NCBI GenBank assembly: GCA_000004985.1
Contig: GG738889.1
DNA: 64,000 nt
From: Naegleria gruberi
Taxonomy: Eukaryota
Reading direction: 5' to 3' (one strand)
Below, one piece after another: positions 11,513 through 21,854 of this stretch. Numbering within the stretch: the first letter of the stretch is position 1; every line of letters begins with the position of its first letter. Below the pieces are notes generated by a model. That model worked only from the letters and a program-made list of their open reading frames with translations. It was not told the origin of the DNA and made no database searches. Made by a program: the position numbers and the translations under genes.

Positions 11513-12875
11513 TTAATCCTCTGATTCTTCATCAGTGTTGGCTTGAGCATTTTCATCTAGCTCATCATAATCAGATTTCATCTCATCAAAGTTAAATAGT
11601 ACCATTGGAAATTCTTCTGATTCCATTCCTTCTCCCACAAACCAGTGGCAAAAAGCTCGTTTGGTATAACTTGGCATGTATGCCTTTTGTATTTCAATAA
11701 AGGTATTCATGATGGCAGTCGTATTATGTGCAACATGAGCAGTATTGGAAAATTTGAAAGGATCATTATTAATGATTGGAGTTTTAGAGAGTGAAGAGCT
11801 GATACTAGTTTGGACATATTTGCTAAATATTGAAGAAGCATCAGGAGATCGGAAATATGAGCTCGTATCAATAATATTTCTCAAAGAGTATCCTGAACCT
11901 CTCCAAGAAACATTTAAGGCAAGTGTTTTACCTGATGCAAGGTCAATATTATTCATTCTATTCGAAGCAGATACTAATTCAGAAGGATTATATTTTCCAA
12001 TTTCTGTGAAATCCGAAAAGTGATTCGAAATAAAGTTGACTCTTTTGAATGGTACCAAATGTTCATAAATTGATTTCATTGATTTTCCACTACGTATTCC
12101 AAATCGTTGACTAGATGTAAGACTGGAAATTGCTTGAGCTATGAGAAAGTTAATATCCTTATATTGTGGATTTTCCAAGCCATGCATTTTGCTTAAATTA
12201 TACAGTGATGTGTTATCAAAGAAAAAGCTTGCATCCACTGCTTCTCTAATTGCAGAAATTGAGAGTAATACATTATAGGAGGCCACTACCTCATTGGCAT
12301 ATTTAGAACATGGCAAGACTGAAAAGGTACTCTTTGAAAATTCAGTAATTTTGCAAATAGTATCAAAAACATACTGTTGAAATTTTCGTTTCATTCGCCA
12401 ATTTTGTACATAATGATTCAGCCCATCCAGATCCTGTTCCTCCAGACAATGAATGTGTCATCATGACTCCCTGTGGCGAATCACATCTCTCCAATAATTT
12501 TCTCAATCTATTCTCGATATCATCACTCTTTTCTTTGTACATCCAATATTTTCCCCTCGAATAAATCGATGCAGCACTTTCCTTTCCTCTTATTAAATTA
12601 TCCTTCTTATGTATTTTTGAATAGGGTGAAGAGGAAACTCCCAATGAATCCAAAACCTCAGGATCCGAATCAACAAACAAACTTCTCGATGAGAAAACAC
12701 CCTCCGAATTTTCATCAAAAACCGATCCAATATTATTATTTTCAATACTATCCACCTCAGAGAGTTGCATCTTTCCATCAGGTCCAACCATGTGCTCTCT
12801 CGCCAACAATTCCCACAATTCCAAACCAATCTGAGAACCAGCGCCACCAACATGAAGGAAAATGAGTTCGTGCAT
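11513..12875 (-). CDS. Highly divergent alpha-like tubulin (2 exons; 43-nt intron at 12332..12374)
   Basis: Exon 1 (12875..12375) reads MHELIFLHVGGAGSQIGLELWELLAREH…PDGKM …IRGKESAASIYSRGKY… SGGTGSGWAESL. These correspond to alpha-tubulin HVGQAGVQIG..CWEL, ITGKEDAANNYARG and the GGGTGSG GTP-binding motif. Exon 2 (12331..11513) has …LPCSKYANEVVASYNVLLSI… and the C-terminal tubulin signature KRAFCHWFVGEGMESEEF followed by an acidic tail. The two ORF-track pieces are joined by a GTATGT…CAAAG intron of 43 nt that restores the frame (167 + 272 codons, about 439 aa). Confidence 0.7.
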
Positions 12876-13006
12876 TTTTTTTGTATTTTTTCGAGTTGTT
12901 GTTGTTCGGTTGCAGGGAACTTAGTTGGAACTTGGTTGTAACAATAGGAACAAGTAATTATTACAGGATAGTATTATGTATTAATTTTGTTAATGTTTAA
13001 CATGAA

Positions 13007-13079
13007 GCCGACATAGCTCAGTTGGGAGAGCGTAAGACTGAAGATCTTAAGGTCCCTGGTTCGATCCCTGGTGTCGGCA
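13007..13079 (+). tRNA. tRNA-Phe (anticodon GAA)
   Basis: GCCGACATAGCTCAGTTGGGAGAGCGTAAGACTGAAGATCTTAAGGTCCCTGGTTCGATCCCTGGTGTCGGCA folds into a 73-nt cloverleaf. It has a 7-bp acceptor stem (GCCGACA/TGTCGGC), a D-loop AGTTGGGAGAGC, anticodon loop CTGAAGA (GAA), a TpsiC arm GGTTCGATCC and discriminator A. It is a near-canonical eukaryotic tRNA-Phe sequence. Confidence 0.85.
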
Positions 13080-13415
13080 AATTTTATAGTTTCCATTTAT
13101 AATTTTCTTCAATCCAATATTTATGAAAATGCTTTTACATGAAACAAATTAGCTTTACTCTGCTCGTTGGCCGTTCAAATAAAATATCATGATTTTTTCC
13201 AAATCTTTTTCTACATGAAATTCATCTCGTTCTATCCAATTAAACATTTTGGCCAAAAAAGCAAACTTTCATCACCAATTTTCAACTTCCATCAACACAA
13301 AAAAAGCCGAAATCCAATAGGCTCTGAACCGTTTTCTTCTTCTACTGCAAGAAATTAGACTAAACTCATACAAAATCAATTCAAACTAAACAACAGTATT
13401 CAATATTGTTGGATA

Positions 13416-15686
13416 ATGAGTTATTCAATTCATCACAATCCGTTGGAAATTCATTCCTCCAACACTCATCATCCTATTAATTCCTCTACATCTTCAACTA
13501 TTCGAAACTCGGAGATTGATAGTATTCATGAAAATAGAAAAACAATTAGTATTGGTGTTAATCATCATTATCCGATTGAAATATTGATGAGTAATAATTC
13601 GAATAATGTTTCGAATAACATGATGATGGTGAATAACAAATTTACAAATTTTCAGGCATTCATGATGAATGGTCAGGCGAGGGCCGATTTGATGCATTAT
13701 TTACGATTGAGGGAGAATGATGAGAATATAGTATTCGTGAATGAAATGTTTCAGATGAGAGAAAGTATTAGAAAGGTTATTCGAATGTTTTTATATGAAT
13801 TAAAATTGACAAATCATGAAAATTTGAGGAAGAGTACTACTACCACTATTGGAACAGCCAATAGTACTGAGAATGAAGAAACAGCTCTCAGTTCACTTGT
13901 TTCTCAACTCATTACAATAATAGATACCATACATAGACATTACTTATTAGGAAATGTTGTAAGTGGTGGAATAATGCTCAATACAACAAGTGCCATCCTA
14001 GAGAAATCAAAGAAGGATTACTCGACCTTCACACGAATATTTAACAAATCTCCACATACAACTGCTACAATGGAAGATCATGAAATTCTGGATACAATTA
14101 ATAGATTTTGTAATTATCTCCTTTTTGAGAAGGATCACAAGATGCATGATAAGGATTTGGAAAAACTGAAAAAGATTTTAATATCAGACGAATGTACTTT
14201 GGAAACGTTGAGCTCACAAATTAATTTCAGTGAGGATTTGGATGAGTTATTGAAACATGAATTATTTGCTCAATTGAAATGGTATCCATTCAGGGATTTG
14301 ATGAATAATATTATGAATCAGATTCGTTTGGAATGTTTTGATTCGTATAAGAATACGGATGATTTTGAAAATTTTGTAAAGAAGAAAATTCAAGAATTGA
14401 CTTCAGAGCAAATGTACAAATTGTTTTGTCAGAATGTGGACATTCTGGAAGGAACTGCTAATGAAAATTTTGTTGGAGATTATGTCATGTCAAAGAAGAA
14501 GAAGAGAAGATCACTTGTGGATGTAATTTTGAGGAGGAGACCAACTGAGGAAAGTGAAGAACAACATTCGCACCATCATCACAGTGATGCAGAGGCCTCT
14601 CAGTTTCTAGGTCTAGATCCGCTGAATACTGATCTAAGAGAATGGTTCTATCCATTACCAATACCCAAATGGACTAGTCGACACGTTATAGTTTTTATAT
14701 CTCATTTCTGTAACTATGAAGATCAGGATTTGGAAATTTATTGTAAACGAATTGAAAAGAAGAATATTGTAGGATTGGATTTGATGTGTCTCCTATCGGT
14801 GAATAGTAGTACGTCTACTTCGATGGGATCAATCCTTTCAAAAGATCCCTCTCAACATTTATTTAAGGAAATGAAAATGAAGAATCACGATCATCAACAA
14901 CGATTCTTTAATAATTTGATCGATTTCAATAGGAAACGAACCTTGATGAAGAGGAGATCGAGTATTAATCTCCTTGCATCAAATCCAATCAATGAAAAGA
15001 TTCTTCCATCGACACTCCAGCACCAACATGTTAGTGTGAAGGATTTGTACATGCCACTTGTGAATGAAGATCATCTCATTATTAAGGTAATTTCCACTGG
15101 CACTGATGAGTCTAGAATTTTCTCAATTGACAGAAATATTCCATTGGAGAGTCTCTATTCTAGGATTGAGGATGAATTTAAAAATTCGAAATTAATTGAA
15201 TTAATGGAAGGTTCTCTCTTTGAATTGAAATCATTGTACACTGAGGATGGACATGCAATACGAGATCAATTTCACTTGGTGGAATATTTGAGTTCCAAAA
15301 GATTGTCATCCACATTAAGCACACCAAGAAAACAATTTCCACAAGAGGAAGTATTGCCGACAGACCCAAATCATTTACTAGTTGGAAGCTATAATAATAG
15401 GATTATTGGAAGTTCCTATTCGAAAGAGGATGAATCAATTCTGGTGGATAGAGCTTCATTTGAAAAATCACTTGGGGATGTATTTGGTATAGAAAATTCT
15501 GTTCATGACGAAAGTGAATGGATAGAAAAAGTGGAGCCATTCACCAATGAAACTATTCTCATTCCACAAGAAGTAGTTACAGAAATGAAACCTGAAACAA
15601 AACCCACAAATGATGATGGTTTTAAAAAGCTTTACATTCAACCTTCGTGTGATAAAAAATTTCAAAGAAGATCAGTCGTCTACTGA
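13416..15686 (+). CDS. Signalling scaffold with RGS-like, SAM and PB1/ubiquitin-like regions
   Basis: The 756-aa ORF starts at a real ATG. An RGS-like block runs from FQAFMMNGQARADLMHYLRLRENDENIVFVNEMFQMRES to DSYKNTDDFENFVKK. A SAM-like block follows (LREWFYPLPIPKWTSRHVIVFISHFCNYEDQDLEIYCKRIEKKNIVGLDLMCLL). A C-terminal beta-grasp-like region (HVSVKDLYMPLVNEDHLIIKVI…) is also present. The His/Asn/Ser-rich N-terminus is low complexity. Confidence 0.5.
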   Translation: MSYSIHHNPLEIHSSNTHHPINSSTSSTIRNSEIDSIHENRKTISIGVNHHYPIEILMSNNSNNVSNNMMMVNNKFTNFQAFMMNGQARADLMHYLRLRENDENIVFVNEMFQMRESIRKVIRMFLYELKLTNHENLRKSTTTTIGTANSTENEETALSSLVSQLITIIDTIHRHYLLGNVVSGGIMLNTTSAILEKSKKDYSTFTRIFNKSPHTTATMEDHEILDTINRFCNYLLFEKDHKMHDKDLEKLKKILISDECTLETLSSQINFSEDLDELLKHELFAQLKWYPFRDLMNNIMNQIRLECFDSYKNTDDFENFVKKKIQELTSEQMYKLFCQNVDILEGTANENFVGDYVMSKKKKRRSLVDVILRRRPTEESEEQHSHHHHSDAEASQFLGLDPLNTDLREWFYPLPIPKWTSRHVIVFISHFCNYEDQDLEIYCKRIEKKNIVGLDLMCLLSVNSSTSTSMGSILSKDPSQHLFKEMKMKNHDHQQRFFNNLIDFNRKRTLMKRRSSINLLASNPINEKILPSTLQHQHVSVKDLYMPLVNEDHLIIKVISTGTDESRIFSIDRNIPLESLYSRIEDEFKNSKLIELMEGSLFELKSLYTEDGHAIRDQFHLVEYLSSKRLSSTLSTPRKQFPQEEVLPTDPNHLLVGSYNNRIIGSSYSKEDESILVDRASFEKSLGDVFGIENSVHDESEWIEKVEPFTNETILIPQEVVTEMKPETKPTNDDGFKKLYIQPSCDKKFQRRSVVY

Positions 15687-15765
15687 ATACTTATAAATAT
15701 AAACAACAAAGATTTCATTTGAATCAACTTTATAGTTTCCTTATTTCACAGTGTTTGCAATTTAA

Positions 15766-17619
15766 TTAAACAGAGGCTTCACTAGCATTAATAGTATCAA
15801 TGCTAGTATTGTTTGGATTATTTACGAGTTCAATGCTATCTCTACTGGTATCTTGATCTTTGGCTGCTTTTTTGCTGCCTTTTGGACCCTTCTTCTTATC
15901 CTTATCCACTGATGCAATAAACACATCCAAGACAAGAAATGCCACTATACACAATAAGAATGTTCCAACCATTAATGATTGAATTGCAATTATTGGTGTA
16001 AAGGTAGGAATAATAAATCCAACTGCTGAACTATTTGCCTGAATAAATCTAAAACCAGAGAAGGCCTCAGAGGTATTTTTCTTCTTGTAGTAATTCTTAC
16101 TACCAAGGATGGAATAAATTGAATTGGTTAAGAAGGCATCACCTGCAGCAAATAATCCCATAGTTACAAAGTGTATCAGCAAGACCTCAAATGGGACTCC
16201 TTCAGTACCATTTGGTTTGTAAATATGACCCCAATAAATCATTTGGAATGAAAGGGCAATGGCTATTGCGTGAATGATCAATCCCATCACCATACTAATT
16301 CGTTTTCCAACCATGTCATTCAATTTTCCTGATAAAAGGGCAGCAATTACTTGAACAATACCAAACAGAATCATAACCCATCCTACCATGAGTTTACCAA
16401 TAATTGGAGGCAAGGTGCCATAGAAAAATCCTTGTGAATATCCAGAATATATACTGATAAAGGAAAAGATGATCATCTTTTTAGAAAATAATACCAATAC
16501 AGTTCCCTTAACAAGTGACAAGAATTCCTTTGCTTGTTCTTTCAACTTTTCAAAACCCTTCAATTCGGATACATTCTCAGTTTCATTGTTTTCGTTGGTG
16601 GAAACCAAGTATTTCTTATCGAGTGGTCTCAATCCAAACAATGTCAAGCAACCTAAAATGCAAATAATTCCCAAAATAATGAATATCAATGAATTTGAAA
16701 TTCCCATATTAAGCAAAATACCAGCCAACAAATTACCACCAATGTAATTTGCCTGGAAAAGGGCAAAGAAAATACCACTGTAGAAACCCAGTAATTCTCC
16801 ACCACTACCACCACTATTACTATTGCCTTCTTCATTTGTCTTGCCTTCTTCTGCTAGCATTGATTTCTTATCAGCCTGACTCTTGGTATCCCTGAGTTCA
16901 ATCTCATTGGATTCTTGTTGCTTTTCCAACTTTCTCCTTCTAACATTTTGTGAATAGGTTGCTGACATGGTTAACATGCTTGCTTGAGCTGTCCACAATA
17001 ATCCAGCACAAAATCCACCATAACCAGAGGCAAGATAGAGTAAGGCAGCACTATTCAAAGCAGCAGAAAACACAAAAAGCACATATCCTGTACTAGCAAT
17101 TAGCAATGAACCTTTTACACCAACAACCTTACAAAAAGATGGAGATAAAAAGCTAGCAAATGCAAACATTGCGTACAATATTGCCAATGCAACAAATCCT
17201 TCCTCCTCTCTAATGGTAGTCAAAAAGTTTTGAGTTGTCTCATAGGAGCAAAACATCAAAAAGAATGAAACTCCAAGATTTGTCACATTAAACAATCCCT
17301 TATCTATAAAATTCATCTTGTTAAATAATTTACCCAAATATTCAAATTTTGAATTTGTCTGTATTTCATTTCGTGTATTATCAAATTCATCAATGGAAGA
17401 AATAGTTCCAGCAGCATCGGAAACAACGTCATCTATGGACGAAACTGGAAACCGTTGAGATGCATTCAGCTGTTCCTCTTTTAAATGGTATTGACTCAGC
17501 TCTACACTAGTGCTAGTGCTACTCATCATACTACCCTCTCCGAGAGCTATACTACCACCCAAAATAAAGTCCTCCTTTCCATCCATTGTTTTATCAACCA
17601 TCATTGTCATGTTATTCAT
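15766..17619 (-). CDS. UNC93-like MFS-type membrane protein
   Basis: The 617-aa polytopic protein has about 11-12 hydrophobic helices. The UNC-93 signature region is GYGGFCAGLLWTAQASMLT (compare GxALLWTxQG.YLT). A large acidic/Gly-rich central loop (EEGKTNEEGNSNSGGSGGE) is typical of the MFS 6+6 architecture. Confidence 0.62.
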   Translation of the reverse strand: MNNMTMMVDKTMDGKEDFILGGSIALGEGSMMSSTSTSVELSQYHLKEEQLNASQRFPVSSIDDVVSDAAGTISSIDEFDNTRNEIQTNSKFEYLGKLFNKMNFIDKGLFNVTNLGVSFFLMFCSYETTQNFLTTIREEEGFVALAILYAMFAFASFLSPSFCKVVGVKGSLLIASTGYVLFVFSAALNSAALLYLASGYGGFCAGLLWTAQASMLTMSATYSQNVRRRKLEKQQESNEIELRDTKSQADKKSMLAEEGKTNEEGNSNSGGSGGELLGFYSGIFFALFQANYIGGNLLAGILLNMGISNSLIFIILGIICILGCLTLFGLRPLDKKYLVSTNENNETENVSELKGFEKLKEQAKEFLSLVKGTVLVLFSKKMIIFSFISIYSGYSQGFFYGTLPPIIGKLMVGWVMILFGIVQVIAALLSGKLNDMVGKRISMVMGLIIHAIAIALSFQMIYWGHIYKPNGTEGVPFEVLLIHFVTMGLFAAGDAFLTNSIYSILGSKNYYKKKNTSEAFSGFRFIQANSSAVGFIIPTFTPIIAIQSLMVGTFLLCIVAFLVLDVFIASVDKDKKKGPKGSKKAAKDQDTSRDSIELVNNPNNTSIDTINASEASV

Positions 17620-18112
17620 TTCTCTTCAAAAAAACCAATTTTCTCTCTCTTCATAAATTTCTCAACCAACTCCCTTTTTCATACTTTTTTCAACAACAAG
17701 CCTTCAAGTTATAAGTTTGTTATTAATTTTCTCTCTCTTCTTTTACTGCGGTATAATAAAGCCTAGAGCGTTCGGTATTTTAAGCTCGTAAGAGTGGTTG
17801 TGTTTTTTTTTTGATTTTTTCAAAATGCACCTTTTATTAATAAATATGCGTTTTTTTTATATTCGGGTATTAGGAGTGCCAAGTTTGGTGGTTAGGTTTT
17901 GCATTTCTTGTGGTGATTGTAAAGTAAGTCAGTGCATGGTGAAAATGAAAGATTTTTTGTGAACTGCTTATGAGATTTTGTTAAGGAGAAATTTACAAGA
18001 TTGCTAAGGAAAAAACGCGAATTTTCCATAAGGAAATCTTGTAATCTGTAATCCAATTGAACTCTTACCAACAGCTGAAAACAACTCCCCAAAACTCCTT
18101 GAATTAATTTTC

Positions 18113-18766
18113 TTGAATCAATTTACAAAAATCTTTTTAAAAAAAATGAGTTTTGTGCAAACTTCATCACTCGACTTGCTTTCCTTGTTGTTTTCCGTCA
18201 GCACTGCCGGATCATCATCAAATATTTTCCATGAACAATTATTACATAGTGAGGTGGATAAAATTTGTGGACATGGTCCTAGCGTTGATTTGAAGCAATA
18301 TTTGTCTTCCGAAGCTCAAGAACAACCATCAGTGGATTTTACAACTGTACAAAAGATTTTAACAGCTGTGGATGCTTTTATATTCCGAGTAATGTCTTTG
18401 GATTTGAGTAGAGAGAGTATTGTTGAGGAACTTTTGGCTTGTAAGCTTACTGCTGAACAAGCTGAAGTTTTTGTTAGAGTATTGGAAGGAAGAAGATCGG
18501 AGCTTGTTAGAGCAATGAAGTATAAATGTATTAGTGAAATTTCACACTCCTATCTTGAAGACTTTGATTGGAAATTAAACTTGGTCGTTGCCAGTGATAA
18601 GTGTTCAAACATTCGTGAACCAATTGTACTTTTGAATTTGTTTGTCAAATCAGAGAATGAACAAAAAGTGAGAGAAGTTTTGGTGGAATTGACAAAGAAG
18701 GATTTGGATAATATTTTGAGCGAATTTGGAAAGATTCAAAATCAATTACAAAAGATTTCAGTGTAA
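18113..18766 (+). CDS. COMM-domain protein (COMMD family)
   Basis: The C-terminal ~70 aa (DFDWKLNLVVASDKCSNIREPIVLLNLFVKSENEQKVREVLVELTKKDLDNILSEFGKIQNQL) fit the COMM-domain pattern DFDW.l..v.sS…..P.v.l.L. The ORF-track start at 18113 is TTG. The first ATG in frame is at 18146 (MSFVQTSS…). Confidence 0.6.
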   Translation: MNQFTKIFLKKMSFVQTSSLDLLSLLFSVSTAGSSSNIFHEQLLHSEVDKICGHGPSVDLKQYLSSEAQEQPSVDFTTVQKILTAVDAFIFRVMSLDLSRESIVEELLACKLTAEQAEVFVRVLEGRRSELVRAMKYKCISEISHSYLEDFDWKLNLVVASDKCSNIREPIVLLNLFVKSENEQKVREVLVELTKKDLDNILSEFGKIQNQLQKISV

Positions 18767-19054
18767 AACAATAATTGTGTAAATATTAAACATATTGAAA
18801 TATTAATAATATTTTCACATACATTATTGTTCGATAACAATTTATTTAATATGTAAAATAGAAAATGATTGTAATAAGACAATTTATTGTTGTGTTTTAA
18901 TGAATTTCAAATTAGAGAAAATATTTACAAAGTTTGTTTTGATTATTTCACAATTGTGTATATTATTTTACAGGAAAAAGGTTCTCATATGGGTAGTGAA
19001 TTGTTACAGTCACAGTGCTCGATTTGGTTAAATTTCATCATCTAAAGTGTGGTG

Positions 19055-20641
19055 TTAAACACAAGTAGAAAGCTTGCTGCCACCATTGGTAGTGATGGTT
19101 GTGGCTCCTATTATTTGTTCTTGTTGTTGTGGAGCTTTCTTAGTTTGTTGTTGTGTAGGTGATGAAGCACTTGTTGATGATGATGAGGCACTTTCTGACA
19201 TTGATTCTCTCTTTGCCAAGACAGCCAAACCAACTTTGCTGTTATTTTCACGATTCAAGTATGTTGAAATGTAATCTCCTGCATCAATAAGTTTGTCCAA
19301 ATCGACTCCAGTATTAATACCCATTCCGTGTAACATATAGACAACATCTTCTGTACTGATATTGCCTGAAGCACCTTTGGCATATGGGCAACCTCCCAAA
19401 CCAGCAACAGATGAGTCTACAGTTTCAACTCCGAACTGTAAAGATGTTAAAATATTCGAGAGAGCTTGTCCATAAGTATTGTGGAAGTGGACTGCAATTT
19501 GTCCTGTTGGAATCTTTTTACACACTTGATGAAGAAGCATTGAAACACTACCTGGTGTTCCGACACCAATGGTATCGCCCAAGCTTACTTCATAACATCC
19601 CATTTTCAATAATCTATAACTGACTTGAGCAACAGTCTCCGGTGACACATACCCAGAGTATGGACAACCTGCAACGCAACTCACATATCCTCTAATTTTC
19701 AAATCATTTTTGATGGCTAGTTCCATAACTTGGTCATATCTTTTGAAGGATTCTTCTACTGTACAGTTAATATTTTTCATACTGAAGGCATCACTGGCTG
19801 CCAAGAAAATGGCAACTTCTTTCACTCCGGCTTCGAGAGCTTGTTCTAGACCTTTTACGTTTGGTGTGAGAACTGGATAGGCAGTACCTTCTCTTCTTTT
19901 AATACCTGTAAAGACATCAAAGTTATCACCCATTTGTGGTACCCATTTCTATTTTATCAAGCAAACAATCACAGTATGAGAATTATGGACATTGAAAAAT
20001 TATTTGATGATAATCAAATGGAGGAGTGCAGCATTTTTGTCACACAATCATCAAGTGAGGATTATCATCCGATAAGAAAGAAATGCAGGTCGTGTAGTGA
20101 ATTGCAATATTTTTGTGATGGTCAAGTTCATAATCGTTAGATTATTGCATAAATACTATCAAATACTTACTGGTGACACAAAACTGGTGACTTCTACTGA
20201 TGGCAAACCAGCTTCTGTTAATTTATCAATTAGGGAAATCTTGACATTGGTTGGGACAAGTTTCTTTTCATTTTGGAGACCATCTCTTGGACCAACCTCA
20301 ACAATTTTAACGAATGATGGCATATTTGACATATTGGAAGAGCCTGTACCAAAGTTTGCAAACATTTCATGATTATTTGAGGAGAAACATCTTGTTTGAT
20401 GCTTATTAAACGATATTAAACTTGCATTGGACTTTTGTGATGCTCCCGAAGAGTGTGAGTTCAATTTAATGGATGAGAATCTCTTGGCATAGCTTGACAC
20501 AACCTTTGCACTTGTCTGAATGCTCAAAACTGCTTGTTGATTCATAGTTGTGTATCTTGTTAATAGTAAAGAGTGTGGCAGTTGTATGTGACTCTGTATT
20601 GAGAAAGAGGACAATGAAGGAGGTAGGTGGTTAGTTATCAA
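19055..20641 (-). CDS. HMGCL: Hydroxymethylglutaryl-CoA lyase (2 exons: 20641..20171 and 19948..19055; intron 19949..20170)
   Basis: Exon 1 ends …[44 protein letters not shown] with a GTAAGT donor. Exon 2 starts [30 protein letters not shown]… and includes [16 protein letters not shown] and [25 protein letters not shown] (HMGL active-site and metal-binding blocks). The acceptor is TATAG. The junction SP|KWVPQM reproduces the conserved SFVSPKWVPQM block. There is a ~95-aa N-terminal extension, probably a targeting presequence, and a Ser/Gln-rich C-terminal tail. Confidence 0.85.
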
Positions 20642-21854
20642 ATATGATTCAAAGTTTCCAGAAGTGACTTTTTTTTCGTTCGATTATTTAAAAAAAGACA
20701 CTGAATAGGAGTTTTTCGACGGATATTGCTCTAGTTTCAATGTCCTTCAATGTGCGGATTTGCGCGTACGTTTTCTAACACGTTGTTTGGTGGTGGAGAT
20801 TGATTTGAGTGGCAAGACACGTCTCTCTCTACGTAGAGTATTATTATTATTTTGTAAGAATTATGATATTGAGGCGATCCTGTTTAAGATTCTCAATAAT
20901 TGTAGTAATGGTTTGCTGGTGGTGGTTGGTGGACTTTGAAAAAAGCAGCAAAATGAATCAGTTAAGAGAAAATGCTTTTCAGTTGTTTGATTGTTTTTTT
21001 GTGAGAGAGATGAAGATCCTTGTGATTCTCTAACTTCTTCAGTCAATGGATTGAATCGAGGCAATTGTTTGTACTTGGGTTTTGCCTCTATTATTAGAAT
21101 GAATGCAAAATTGGATTTTCGCGTTTTTGTATCTTGATCTCAATTGGAATGAATGACCAAAAAGTTCAAAGCCTTGTTGTTTTATAAAATTCAAAATACA
21201 AGAAGATGAAGAAATTGGAGAGAGATGCTTGTGAGATGAACTCGCGCAATGATACTGTTCTTGTTTTTTTTAAATTAGTAATGCATAGAATTGATAGATG
21301 GACTTTGATCAACTCAATGCAGTTTGATGCGGAGGATGGTGGACATTGAAATAACACTGGACATCAACAAAGAACCTAATAATAACCGTAAGAAAGATAA
21401 TACAAAAATCAAAAAAGGTTGATGGAAATAGGTGGTGATGGGTTTCATGGAAGGAGAAAGCCTGTTTAGGTCCTTTTGAATCTCAGGAGAGAATGTTGAG
21501 GAGTTACGCAATGAGGTCATTGAGGTAGTTTCTCAATGCTGAGGACGTCATAATAAACGAAACTATACAACTTACTGTGTTGCAACTTGGGGAAAGTACT
21601 AGCTCTCTTAATTTTCAATATTTTTATTGAATGGGAAAGAGGAGGACAATAAGGACTGATAGGAAAAAAGACCGCGGCTGAAGCGGAGATTGAGCTGAAT
21701 GAAATTGAGTTTACAATAAGTATTACTCCTTCCATGAAACTGCATATTACATCCAAGCATGAATCTATTCTGTACAGAGATTATTGAAATCTACCAACTT
21801 GGCAACATTTTGCAAATAAATTAAATATTTAATAAATTACATTTGAATGTTACA

